A stretch of DNA of 64,000 bases. It comes from an uncultured Leptospiraceae bacterium. Lineage in GTDB: Bacteria > Spirochaetota > UBA4802 > JAGODF01. The stretch is from NCBI GenBank assembly GCA_964627815.1, contig CAZVKE010000006.1, positions 212,705 to 276,704 on the forward strand, given 5' to 3'. Positions 54,810 through 64,000 of this stretch are shown one piece after another (the stretch's first letter is position 1; each line of letters begins with the position of its first letter). The position numbers and the translations under genes were made by a program. The notes below the pieces were generated by a model. It saw nothing but the letters and a program-made list of their open reading frames with translations, had not been told where the DNA came from and made no database searches.

Positions 54810-56792
54810 CTATTCTTTTTCTGGCAATGAATAGTGTGCTGCAATATCCTGAATTGAGGTGACAACCTTACATTCGGGAAGTGATTCAATGAAAAGTTTT
54901 CCATATCCTTTATGATGCAACCGTGAGTCGAGTACGGCAATTATTCCATGATCTGTGCTTCTCCGTATCAGCCTCCCGAAACCCTGTTTGAAGCGAATAA
55001 CGGCGTCCGGTATTTGAATGGAGTAGAAAGGATTTTTGCCCAGCGAAATCACTTTTTCAGACCGTGCCTGAAACGGTGGATAATCCGGTACGCTGAAAGG
55101 AAGGCGCGTGATGATCACGCCGCGCAGTATATCTCCGGGAAGATCAATACCCTGCCAGAAGGAGTTGGTGCCCATAAGAACGGATCCATCGTCTTCGATA
55201 TACCTTGAAAGCACTTCGGTAACCGGGTAATCGCCCTGACGATAAATACGATATGGGATGAGAGAAGCAAGTATCTCGAATACTTCCTTCAATAACCTGT
55301 ATGAGGTAAACAGGATGAGGCAGTTTCCCTGGACGATATTAATGATATTCGCTGAAACCTCGGCGATGTGTCGCGCGTATTCCACAGAGTCGGGTTGTAT
55401 GGCTGTACGGTCTGTGTAAAGAAGGACGTTGTTTTTGTAATCAAATGGTGAATCAAGCAGCAGAGACTGATACCTCTCAATTCCAAGACAGTCGACAAAG
55501 TACGAGAAATCACCATTAACCGAAAGCGTTGCCGATGTATAGAGCGCCGATTCGTAGTATCCGTTGACTTCCTGAAGCATGATTTCAGATATGGAAAGAG
55601 GCTGGCTTTTTATCACGATATTTCCATTGTAAACGGCATCGCTCCTCTCGAGCCAGTAAACTTGCTCTTCTTTCTCACGAAAAACCACAGACATGAGGTT
55701 CTGGTGAAAGGAGAACAGTTTTCCTTGGGCAATTTCAAGATCGAGCCTGATAAAATCGTCTTCTATTGATCGGGTAGATTTTTCAAGCAAACCGAGGAGT
55801 GATCTGATGGCTGAGAGAAGAGTTTCTCCTTCGGGCAGGGGTTCCATCATCCGTGCTGAACTGTTTTTTTTCAGTCGCGGATTAAGATATTCAAAGAACC
55901 GGTCGGCTTCCATTTCAACGCGGTTGATCAAATCGATCGCCTCCTTCTGGGAGGAGATGCTGCCGAAATGAGTAAGCAGATGGTGTTTATGTCTTTTGCT
56001 GAAAACAGCAAGTATTTCTATCAGATCATCCCTGCTTATTTCAAAGCCGAGCTGTGAGGCGCCGACATGCTCAAGAGCGTGGGATTCATCAAAAATGACT
56101 AGATCGAAATCTGGAAGATATGTTTTTGCAGATGCGATATTGGTATAGAATAGATAATGATTCATGATGAGAAGGCGTGATGATGCCCACTCTTTTTTTG
56201 CTTTCTGGTAGACGCATCCGTTCTGAAAGGGACAGGTGAAGGAGTTGCACGAATCAGGTTCGCGGCATATGCTGTTCCAGAATGAATTGGTGGAAGAAAC
56301 GTCGTATCGTGAAAATACTTTCTTCTGGCTGAAAAGCCGACCTATATCTTCCGCGGTTGCGGCGTCCGACTTTGAAAATCTACCGCTTTTAACGACTGCC
56401 TCAAATCGCCTTTTACACGGATAATTTGAGCTTCCCAGGCAGAGCGAAAAGGAAAAATCATAGCCGAGCGGCGCAAGAACATCTCTCACAATCGGCACGT
56501 CTTTATCGACAAGCTGCTTTTGCAGCGCCTTTGTTTCCGTACTGACAGCTATTTTTTTGTCATTTTCAACTGAGTAGATAATCGAAGGCACCAGATATGC
56601 CATCGTTTTCCCAATTCCCGTTCCCGCTTCGATTAGCCCGTTTTCTTTGCAGAACAGCCTGTCCCGGATAAAATCCGCCATCATGAGTTGCTGTTCCCTG
56701 AACTCATAATGCGGGAGATGATCCCTTAAAATGCCGGATGTGCCGAAAAATCTTTCCATAATTTCACAAGAGGTTACTGGCTGGAATAACAA
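54810..56792 (-). CDS. DinG/XPD-family ATP-dependent DNA helicase with FeS-cluster domain
   Basis: Walker A GTGIGKT, a DESH box (VIFDESHALEH), a four-Cys FeS insertion (CLGSSNYPC...CNSFTCPFQNGC) and C-terminal helicase motifs. The true start may be the Met at 56759. Confidence 0.8.
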   Translation of the reverse strand: MLFQPVTSCEIMERFFGTSGILRDHLPHYEFREQQLMMADFIRDRLFCKENGLIEAGTGIGKTMAYLVPSIIYSVENDKKIAVSTETKALQKQLVDKDVPIVRDVLAPLGYDFSFSLCLGSSNYPCKRRFEAVVKSGRFSKSDAATAEDIGRLFSQKKVFSRYDVSSTNSFWNSICREPDSCNSFTCPFQNGCVYQKAKKEWASSRLLIMNHYLFYTNIASAKTYLPDFDLVIFDESHALEHVGASQLGFEISRDDLIEILAVFSKRHKHHLLTHFGSISSQKEAIDLINRVEMEADRFFEYLNPRLKKNSSARMMEPLPEGETLLSAIRSLLGLLEKSTRSIEDDFIRLDLEIAQGKLFSFHQNLMSVVFREKEEQVYWLERSDAVYNGNIVIKSQPLSISEIMLQEVNGYYESALYTSATLSVNGDFSYFVDCLGIERYQSLLLDSPFDYKNNVLLYTDRTAIQPDSVEYARHIAEVSANIINIVQGNCLILFTSYRLLKEVFEILASLIPYRIYRQGDYPVTEVLSRYIEDDGSVLMGTNSFWQGIDLPGDILRGVIITRLPFSVPDYPPFQARSEKVISLGKNPFYSIQIPDAVIRFKQGFGRLIRRSTDHGIIAVLDSRLHHKGYGKLFIESLPECKVVTSIQDIAAHYSLPEKE

Positions 56793-56825
56793 CTAACAGT
56801 ATAGCCGTATTTATGGCGAGTAAAT

Positions 56826-56861
56826 AAAAAAAGGAGATGCATTTTGAGGCATCTCCTTTTT
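56826..56861. terminator. Bidirectional rho-independent terminator
   Basis: aaaaaa-AAGGAGATGC-attttgag-GCATCTCCTT-ttt. A 10-bp stem with flanking A-run and T-run. Confidence 0.75.
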
Positions 56862-56876
56862 CCCGATAATGCGATT

Positions 56877-59138
56877 CTATTCAAAGCGGAATGATGGATA
56901 ATGATCAACGAGTCCGATTAGATATGAAAGCACGTGCGCAAGATAACGATAATATCTCACCATAAAATCAAATAGTATATTCGGCCATCTGCCTGTCGCG
57001 AGAATACTGAAAAGACCTATCAGTGAGATAATACTGCTTCCGATCGAAAGTAGGCACAGCAGTATGAGATGCGGCACAGCGAGAACAAAGATACCAATTC
57101 CCGTCAGGCGTAGAAACGCGAGCAGGCGTGAGGGCCTTGCCGGATAAATTATGTTCATTTGCAGGGAGTGGTCGATGTCTCTGCTTCCGGTGAATCGCGG
57201 CATTTCCTCTATCGTGTTGGTGGAGCATGCCCCGATTGAAAGGAGATAGCGCAGGGTCTTTTCCTGGATTATGCCGAAATCAACCATCATCTCACCGGTA
57301 AATATGACAATAATCCAGTTAAAAAATCCGACAATGGCCGAGAGTATGGAATAGATTAAAAGAATGATGTAGTGAGGAATAAGGGCTATGGAGAAAAGTC
57401 CCAGAAGACGTAGCAGTGCTCCCACCCTTGAGTACCTCAGAGAGTAGTCGATAGAAAAATTAACGGCTCCCCGTGGGACAGAATCTTCAGTTGTGCGGAA
57501 ATCCTTTTCGATTTCCTGTTGATACTTGCTGTATTCTTCTTTGGTTTCAATATCGAGGAAATCTTCACGGGTAGACGCTGAGGCTGCGGCTGCTCCGCCA
57601 GCAAGCGCCGCTGTGCCGAGCACAGCCCCTGCTGTCCGTGAAGGAGTAATTACAGGCTCTTCTTCAAAAACATCATCGCGATGACGCACCGGCTCCTGGA
57701 TTGACTCTTCAGCGCCGAGCTTTTCGAAGTCTATTTCAGGAAGTTCGTCTACGGGGATTTCATTTGTTATAAGGTTTTCGGAGCTTTTATCGGTTTGCCC
57801 GAGGTCCTCCATACTGAGGCTTGGATCGATTTCATTGATATTAAGCTTAAGGTCCTCATCTTCAGCGGTAGATAAATTTTCGGTTGAGGCTCTTCCTGTT
57901 TCTATTTCAGATCTGACATTTTCGAGTTCGTCTATGGTTAGCCCGGCGTCTTCAATAGTCAGCCTTTCATCTTCATCAACAACCTCGCCTTCTTTAAACT
58001 CCTCAATTTCGTCAAGGGTAATATCGAGTGAATCGAGATCAAGCGTAAGATCCTGTTCGTTTTCGTCAACCGGGGCCTGCTTTTTCTTTCCGGGAACAGG
58101 TTCAGGCTCGTCAAACATTGCTTCATCAAGCGTAAGTGTCTCTTCCGGAACCTGGATATCGGATAGGTCAGATTCGGTTCCTGCTTCGAAGTCATCGTGA
58201 ACTTCAGGACGTTTGCGTTTCGGGGTTTCTTCAGAGGTTGGTGAAGTCAAAGGCTCCTCTTCGAGCTGAATATCAAGCGTATCGAGATCGATGGTAATAC
58301 TTTCATCAAGTTCGAGGCCTTCTCCGCGACGGGGACGCTTTTCTCCCGCTGCGGGATGTTCTTCTGGAATTTCCATATCAGAAAGCTCGAGATCGGGCAA
58401 TCGCTCATGACGTCCGGAAGATACCGGCTCCTCAAATGATATGGTTTCTTCTGGTACCATAGCAGGTGCCGCGGGCTGGCGGGAGATGTCTTCCTCAAGC
58501 GGTTTGAAATCCTCCTCGGTAATTTCGAGGTTGTCGAGGTCAGGCAGCTCATCTATATCTGCGAACGCGTCCTTTTTGACGGGGGCTTTCTGAGCAGCTC
58601 TGGGTGAAGTCGGCGTTTCCGCCTCAAGAAGTAACTCTTCAGCGGAATCAAAATCATCAAGACTGATGGTTTCCTCGGATGAAGTTGTACGGCCTTTTAC
58701 AGCCGGCCTGTCTATGTCAAACGCTTCGGATGTTTCAGGCATTTCGAGGCTATCTATATCAGACAAATCAAGATCTCCGGCTTTTGCGGAGGGTTCTGCG
58801 GGCACCGGTGGTTCTTCTTCAAGCGCCACTATTCTCGACCTTTTTTCTTCGGGTTGCCGTTCCGCTTCATCGAGAATGAAATCGCCAAAATCATCAGTAG
58901 ATACCGGTTCTCGGGAAGCAACAGGCTCTTCAGCCCGTGGTATAGCTTCGCGAATCGGCCTTTCGAGAGCTGGTTCCTCGGCAAACAGATCGATATCCGC
59001 GGAAACAGCCTGCTTGATTCTATTATCAATAATTACATTTACGCCGCATTTGGGGCAGATAAAACCGAATTTTTTATCTTTTACCTTTCCGTCATCGACG
59101 GAATATGAGGCATTACATTCTGTACATTTTACAATCAT
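56877..59138 (-). CDS. Zinc-ribbon (MJ0042-type) - long acidic repeat region - DUF4389 membrane-domain protein
   Basis: N-terminal CxxC...CxxC (VKCTECNASYSV...FICPKCGVNV). About 500 aa of D/E-rich disordered sequence with recurring L(D/T)LD(S/T)LDIxL(D/E)E motifs. C-terminal region of about 200 aa with 4-5 TM helices matching the DUF4389 pattern. Confidence 0.7.
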   Translation of the reverse strand: MIVKCTECNASYSVDDGKVKDKKFGFICPKCGVNVIIDNRIKQAVSADIDLFAEEPALERPIREAIPRAEEPVASREPVSTDDFGDFILDEAERQPEEKRSRIVALEEEPPVPAEPSAKAGDLDLSDIDSLEMPETSEAFDIDRPAVKGRTTSSEETISLDDFDSAEELLLEAETPTSPRAAQKAPVKKDAFADIDELPDLDNLEITEEDFKPLEEDISRQPAAPAMVPEETISFEEPVSSGRHERLPDLELSDMEIPEEHPAAGEKRPRRGEGLELDESITIDLDTLDIQLEEEPLTSPTSEETPKRKRPEVHDDFEAGTESDLSDIQVPEETLTLDEAMFDEPEPVPGKKKQAPVDENEQDLTLDLDSLDITLDEIEEFKEGEVVDEDERLTIEDAGLTIDELENVRSEIETGRASTENLSTAEDEDLKLNINEIDPSLSMEDLGQTDKSSENLITNEIPVDELPEIDFEKLGAEESIQEPVRHRDDVFEEEPVITPSRTAGAVLGTAALAGGAAAASASTREDFLDIETKEEYSKYQQEIEKDFRTTEDSVPRGAVNFSIDYSLRYSRVGALLRLLGLFSIALIPHYIILLIYSILSAIVGFFNWIIVIFTGEMMVDFGIIQEKTLRYLLSIGACSTNTIEEMPRFTGSRDIDHSLQMNIIYPARPSRLLAFLRLTGIGIFVLAVPHLILLCLLSIGSSIISLIGLFSILATGRWPNILFDFMVRYYRYLAHVLSYLIGLVDHYPSFRFE

Positions 59139-59169
59139 TGTGATCTCCCGACCGTGTTTCTCTGTTTAA

Positions 59170-59478
59170 TTATCTGCCCGGAAAATATTTCTCGTTTACA
59201 TTATGCTGAATTATCAGGGGGGCAATAAAGAAAAATAATATCAGATGCCACTTCATCTCCCTTCCATTCAGTTCTTCTGATTTTTGCATATATTTTATAT
59301 TAAGGTATAATCCCCACAATCCAAACGTGAGTATAACAAGCAGTATGTTCGATACAGGATTATCATTAAAGAGCTCACTTGTCCTTGCCAGCCACCAGAA
59401 GTAATAAATTCCGCCTGTTAGAATAAATAAAAGAAATAAAACCACAAGATTATTTTCAGGAATATATTCTATTTTCAT
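59170..59478 (-). CDS. DUF4234-like small membrane protein
   Basis: 102 aa with two to three TM segments and the GIYYFWW motif characteristic of DUF4234. Confidence 0.55.
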   Translation of the reverse strand: MKIEYIPENNLVVLFLLFILTGGIYYFWWLARTSELFNDNPVSNILLVILTFGLWGLYLNIKYMQKSEELNGREMKWHLILFFFIAPLIIQHNVNEKYFPGR

Positions 59479-59883
59479 GCCTCTACCAATAATATAATCA
59501 TTTTATTCTAAATATTCAATAAAATCATATCGTATATAAAGAGTACGCCAGCAAACCGGCCGAACACTTCTCGAAAAGTTCTCTTTTTAATTTACGGATA
59601 GTTGGTTCTTTTTACTTACAATTTTTTATGGATGATTTAAATATTATTTACTCAGTTTAATTATGTCAATTCATAATAAAATCGTTTCAGTTTAAGCTGA
59701 ACCAGTAAATATAGAAGACAGTTAGAGTCTTCTGGGCACTTCAGCCGGCAAACCGTCAAAAATGTCTTGTAAAATCGGGCTTTGTAATTAGGTTAGTTGC
59801 TGATAGCCTGTGGCGATTGATGGATTTCAACAAGCCATGTTCAAGAGGCGGAAGGGCAAAAATCAAAAAAACAAAGATAAACA

Positions 59884-62800
59884 ATGAAATTATTAAAAGA
59901 GTTCAGTTATACAGACATTGTTCAGAGGCAGATTGTTTTATGTAACACGTTTTTAACATTTTTTGTGTTAAGCCTGGTTTATACATCAATTGTATATGAC
60001 TATAACTTATACTTTGTTTATAAAGATGCTTTAAAGCATATCGCGATAGGCGCAATTTCAGGTTTATTTTTAGGCAACCTTATCGGGAAAACACTCCTTG
60101 CAACAAGAAGATATCGCCTTTTTTATATAATGTCTGAAGCTGTAATAATAATCGCGTCGCTTATCTATTTGATTAAAAGCAGGCTCGTTTTCATTAATAC
60201 CACCGGCCTAAATGATTTTTTTCTCCGTCATGAGGTATTGATCCCTGTAGTGTCCTCCGTTGTTCCTTTCTTTACCGGGCTTAAATTCAATTATTTTCTT
60301 AAAATATCCTGCGGAAATTTCATAGATGACAAAAAAGGAACAATTGCTTTCTTAGCCTGCCTTGTCACCGGCTTTATTTCGGGGATAGCAATCTTTTTTA
60401 TCATGACCATGTCCGGCATATCAATCATGTACGTCGGATTGACACTCATTGCTCCGCTTCTGGGCACGGTATTCTTTGTGAGATTACCCTATACTTCCAT
60501 GCCGCAGTATACCCAGGAAACCAGGGAGGAAATGGATAAGAGGCAGGCCTCGGAAACGATCCGCGACGATATATACTTTACATTCCTGAATTTTTCATTC
60601 CTAATCGTGTATCTATACCTCGGGTATCTGATGACGGTGCGATTATACGGAAACCAGATCCTGATACAATACAGCTTTCTATCTCTGACAGGATGCGCGA
60701 TCATTATCGGATTCCTTGTTGCCAGATATATTAAAAATGCGTTCTGGGTCGTTTATAGTGAAATGCTTTTCCCGGTAGCGTTTTTACTCTATCTCGTACT
60801 TGTTAATATCTATGGTGAAAAATATAACGGAGCGGCGATTATTCTTTTTATTCCTTCCGCCATTATTTTCGGGTTTTCAGTCTATACGACAGTCAATAAT
60901 ATTCTCGGGCAATATGATCACCAGAAACGGTTTACCATAATCAATTTTTCTCTTTTTATCCTCCCTGTTCCCATACTTGTCGCCCTGACGTTTATCCAAT
61001 TCTCCAATATGCTGTATTATCTGTTTCTTTACCTGATCATGATTTTAAATGTTCTCCTGCCGGGTATACATCTTATGCAGCGGGATATCAACGCATACAA
61101 AAAAATCATCTATCTGGTATTCTCTCTCGTTTTCATTCCGGCTATAATCGCGTTGCATTTGTATTTTTCGATACCGTTTGACAAGAACCTCTTCGTTACC
61201 CATACTCGAGGTTATAACCAGATTTATAACCGGAACTACAACTCGCTGTATTTGGGAAGCAGCGTTGATGTTTATTATCATCGGGTGGCTTTTTTCGACA
61301 CGTCCGAAAGCACGATGAACAATCTACAAAGGGCATTATTCCCGCCGTTCATGTATTCATCCATTAACGGACGGGAGGGTTCAACGCTCATTATAGACGG
61401 GAACCAGAAATTTTTCAGGAATCCGATGATAGGGAACTTCAAGGAAGCAAAGGTCATTGATTATCTGCCGGAGAGAATCGTCGACTACAACACACTTCCA
61501 TTATCCGGGCGGCATTATTATCTGGTCGACCAGCAGGATGCGGTATCCTGCCTCGTTAAATCAGATGCTCACTTCCATCAGATAGTTGATATCCCGAATC
61601 TGTTCGACCAAGCCTGTAACAGATTAAGATTTACGGATAAGTTTTATTCAATCGCAAAACAGAGGCTTGAAAAGGGAGGGGTGTTTTCACAGATAATTAA
61701 TCTGAATTATAACAGTCCCGATTTAGTTCTCAGCATGAGAGACGGCTTCCGGAAAACCTTCAGTAATACAATAGGCTTTTTATTTTCGAATATCCTGGTT
61801 CTTATGGGCTCGGATGATGTAAATACCTTCAAATTCACAGGGAATCATCTTTCGAGGCTTAAAAACCTGATTAAGGATAATCCGGACTATGAAAGGCTGT
61901 TTTTCAATGAATACCATGTCCTTTCACATCTGTATTTTCTTAAAAGCGATTTTACAATACATAACAATCGGAGAAGATATTTCAATAACAGACTGATATG
62001 GGGACAGCGGCCGGTATTCAATGACCTGGGGATTAATGACGTATCTTTGGATACCACGAACCTTATTAATGAGCTTATTGATGCTACACCTGATCAGGCG
62101 GTGCTCAAAAGGGATGTCCAGAACAGTATTTCATTAAACAGCAGGATTTTTTCCCTCTTCAATAAAGCGGAATTATTTCATGTTGAAAGAGAGTATGAGA
62201 AAGAGGCGGATGTATTGTTGCAGCTGAAAGAAGCAGGCAGATACCGCGCTGAATTGAGCAAGTCCATCGAGAGGCATATCAGTGACAAAGAGAACAGTTT
62301 TTACACCATGGCTCTGAAGCTTGAAAAGGATAAAAACTGGGATGAGGCAAAGCGTGTGTATCTCGCAATGTTGAAAATAAATGATAATAATTTCGACGCG
62401 AACTACAGGATCGGGTTGTTGTGCCTGACGCTGCAGAATATAAATGAATCGTTTGAATATATGCAGAAAGCGATGCGTATAAAAAAGGACGACCAGCGGG
62501 TTCAATATCAGATGGGAGTGTTGCTGTTTTCGAGCGGCAAAGCAAAAGAGGCGATAGATTATTTCAACAGATCGATCACGCTTAATAATGACAGCGCTTC
62601 GGTGTTTTTCTACCTTGGCCTTGCGTATGAAAAAACGGGGAATATTTTTGAGGCGAAATCAAGTTATGAGAAAGCGCTGGTAAAAGATCCCGCTGACAGT
62701 GATATCAAGTCAAGTCTTGACAGGATACAGGGTAAGATAGAAGAGGAACAGAACAAATGGAAACAGCAGGAGCCAGCAAACCAGAACGAGGATGAAAGAG

Positions 62801-62889
62801 GTGAAAGAATCCCTCTTCCGATTCAGAAGTCCGCATATGATTGGCGTATCAGCGACGAAGAGGCGAAAAAATTAAAAAAGAGTGAATAG
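59884..62889 (+). CDS. Large polytopic membrane protein (about 14 TM) with soluble middle domain and C-terminal TPR repeats
   Basis: 1001 aa. The N-terminal half of about 450 aa is hydrophobic. The C-terminal 250 aa carry at least 4 TPR-like repeats (...ANYRIGLLCL..., ...VQYQMGVLLFSSGKAKEAIDYF..., ...VFFYLGLAYEKTGNIFEAKSSYEKAL...). The architecture is reminiscent of GT-C glycosyltransferase-TPR or O-antigen-ligase-TPR fusions. No spermidine-synthase GGGDG motif was seen. Confidence 0.8.
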   Translation: MKLLKEFSYTDIVQRQIVLCNTFLTFFVLSLVYTSIVYDYNLYFVYKDALKHIAIGAISGLFLGNLIGKTLLATRRYRLFYIMSEAVIIIASLIYLIKSRLVFINTTGLNDFFLRHEVLIPVVSSVVPFFTGLKFNYFLKISCGNFIDDKKGTIAFLACLVTGFISGIAIFFIMTMSGISIMYVGLTLIAPLLGTVFFVRLPYTSMPQYTQETREEMDKRQASETIRDDIYFTFLNFSFLIVYLYLGYLMTVRLYGNQILIQYSFLSLTGCAIIIGFLVARYIKNAFWVVYSEMLFPVAFLLYLVLVNIYGEKYNGAAIILFIPSAIIFGFSVYTTVNNILGQYDHQKRFTIINFSLFILPVPILVALTFIQFSNMLYYLFLYLIMILNVLLPGIHLMQRDINAYKKIIYLVFSLVFIPAIIALHLYFSIPFDKNLFVTHTRGYNQIYNRNYNSLYLGSSVDVYYHRVAFFDTSESTMNNLQRALFPPFMYSSINGREGSTLIIDGNQKFFRNPMIGNFKEAKVIDYLPERIVDYNTLPLSGRHYYLVDQQDAVSCLVKSDAHFHQIVDIPNLFDQACNRLRFTDKFYSIAKQRLEKGGVFSQIINLNYNSPDLVLSMRDGFRKTFSNTIGFLFSNILVLMGSDDVNTFKFTGNHLSRLKNLIKDNPDYERLFFNEYHVLSHLYFLKSDFTIHNNRRRYFNNRLIWGQRPVFNDLGINDVSLDTTNLINELIDATPDQAVLKRDVQNSISLNSRIFSLFNKAELFHVEREYEKEADVLLQLKEAGRYRAELSKSIERHISDKENSFYTMALKLEKDKNWDEAKRVYLAMLKINDNNFDANYRIGLLCLTLQNINESFEYMQKAMRIKKDDQRVQYQMGVLLFSSGKAKEAIDYFNRSITLNNDSASVFFYLGLAYEKTGNIFEAKSSYEKALVKDPADSDIKSSLDRIQGKIEEEQNKWKQQEPANQNEDERGERIPLPIQKSAYDWRISDEEAKKLKKSE

Positions 62890-63122
62890 TATTCCAAATT
62901 TACAGGATGTGAAAGTTTTTACTGAATTTGCTTTCCATCAGGGTGACGTTCTTCATACGAAGATAATAATTCTTCTCCGGCATTAAGTCCGCATTGTACC
63001 ATCAAAATTATTAATTGACATCGTAGAACCAGATGAAAAAACTGCTTTTAGTGGATGCCCGCTGATATGGTTGTTGTGTTCACGGCTCAACTTTATTTAT
63101 ATTAAACGGAAGAACAAAAAAA

Positions 63123-64000
63123 ATGAAAATAATACCCGTAATTCTTGCTGGCGGAGCGGGCACTCGCCTTTGGCCGTTGAGCAGGGAAGATAAACCGAAA
63201 CAATTCCACAATCTCTCAGGTGAAGGCACGCTTCTGGAGGAAACGATACGGCGTCTGTTGCCGATGAGTCCCGAAACGTTTGTTATTGTAACGGCAAAAA
63301 AGCATGAAAAGGCGTCACAGGAAGAGCTGGACAAACTCGGAGTGAAAGGTGTAGTACTTGCTGAACCGTACCCCCGGAATACCGCAGCTGCGGTACTTTA
63401 CGCGGCGACGTATCTGTCATGCGACGATTCTGAATCGATAATGGTCATGCTTCCCGCGGATCATTATATAAGGGACCAGGTCACATTCAGAAATATCCTG
63501 AAGAAAGCAGTCGAGAGGGCAAAGCTCAATAAGCTTGTCGCGATCGGGATAACTCCCACGTATCCTGAGACGGGATACGGATATATCCAGGCGATCCAGA
63601 AAGGCGATGATGTGTGTGAGGTCGAGCGTTTCGTGGAGAAACCTGACCTTGAAAGCGCAAAGAAGTATATCGAACAGGGAAATTTTTTCTGGAACAGCGG
63701 TATCTTCATCTGGAAAACCGCGGCAATACTGGAAAGTTTCAAGCAGCTTATGCCCGATCTTTATAAAGCATTCGGGCCTCTGAGAAAGATGACCGCTGAA
63801 CAGCTGATATCAAGCGAAGGCTCCGACTGGGAATTAAAGAAGGAAGTATTTGAACACCTCAGGAAGGAATCGATAGATTTTGGAATAATGGAAAAAGCTG
63901 AGAACAGGCTTGTCATACCTGGCAGCTTCGGATGGGCAGACCTCGGGAGCTGGTATTCGATCGACGGGATTCTCGCACCGAACGGAAATAACAACCGCAC
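63123..64000 (+). CDS. Mannose-1-phosphate guanylyltransferase (partial, 3' end beyond window)
   Basis: N-terminal nucleotidyltransferase motif (IPVILAGGAGTRLWPLSR) and the GMP/ManC family pattern. The ORF is open at the window end. Confidence 0.85.
   Translation, partial: MKIIPVILAGGAGTRLWPLSREDKPKQFHNLSGEGTLLEETIRRLLPMSPETFVIVTAKKHEKASQEELDKLGVKGVVLAEPYPRNTAAAVLYAATYLSCDDSESIMVMLPADHYIRDQVTFRNILKKAVERAKLNKLVAIGITPTYPETGYGYIQAIQKGDDVCEVERFVEKPDLESAKKYIEQGNFFWNSGIFIWKTAAILESFKQLMPDLYKAFGPLRKMTAEQLISSEGSDWELKKEVFEHLRKESIDFGIMEKAENRLVIPGSFGWADLGSWYSIDGILAPNGNNNR

Noticed and set aside
59884-62889. Calling the giant membrane protein a fused MFS/spermidine-synthase
   Set aside because: I could not see a GGGDG(G) SAM-binding motif or a spermidine-synthase signature in the soluble middle region, so the function is left open.

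Overview
This 64 kb window looks like the chromosomal replication-origin neighbourhood of a moderately GC-rich bacterium, with coding density around 90% and almost no long non-coding stretches. Overall gene content, including STAS anti-sigma antagonists, MORN and TPR proteins and a FecR lipoprotein, is reminiscent of spirochaete-like genomes. That guess is weak. The core is a minus-strand block dnaA-dnaN-recF-DUF721(DciA-like)-gyrB-gyrA (45.4-54.4 kb). A DnaA-box cluster and an AT-rich stretch lie just upstream of dnaA (54.4-54.8 kb), which is the likely oriC. A canonical parA-parB (soj/spo0J) pair sits about 25 kb away at 29.9-31.5 kb. The remaining genes are mostly housekeeping: trpS (partial), nadB, tatD, argB, an HtrA/DegP protease, clpB, uvrB, cutA, pyrB-pyrC, an APC amino-acid permease, an acyl-CoA ligase, an enoyl-CoA hydratase, a stomatin/NfeD pair, an HDAC-like amidohydrolase and an FeS DinG-family helicase. 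A partial mannose-1-phosphate guanylyltransferase gene runs off the 3' end. I found no CRISPR array, tRNA, rRNA or obvious mobile element. The observations most worth a second look are these. (1) The anaerobic RNR is genuinely split: the NrdD core ORF ends after an atypical Cys/His metal site, and the glycyl-radical domain is encoded by a separate 61-aa ORF with its own RBS, 80 nt downstream. (2) recF is frameshifted inside a T10/A10 homopolymer. (3) Two large uncharacterised genes, 643 aa cytoplasmic and 407 aa membrane-anchored, are packed immediately upstream of parAB and are apparently co-transcribed with them. (4) The HtrA protease has a roughly 250-aa Lys/Ala/Pro-rich repeat extension. 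(5) A CIRCE-like HrcA operator lies upstream of clpB. (6) There is a zinc-ribbon / acidic-repeat / DUF4389 membrane protein with a DUF4234 neighbour. (7) A MoxR AAA+ gene overlaps a VWA (CoxE-like) gene. (8) An 800-aa secreted protein consists of about 8 tandem PPC-like repeats. (9) A roughly 1000-aa polytopic membrane protein with C-terminal TPR repeats sits next to a GDP-mannose synthesis gene. None of these is a clear-cut novel defence or mobile system. The window is mostly core genome.
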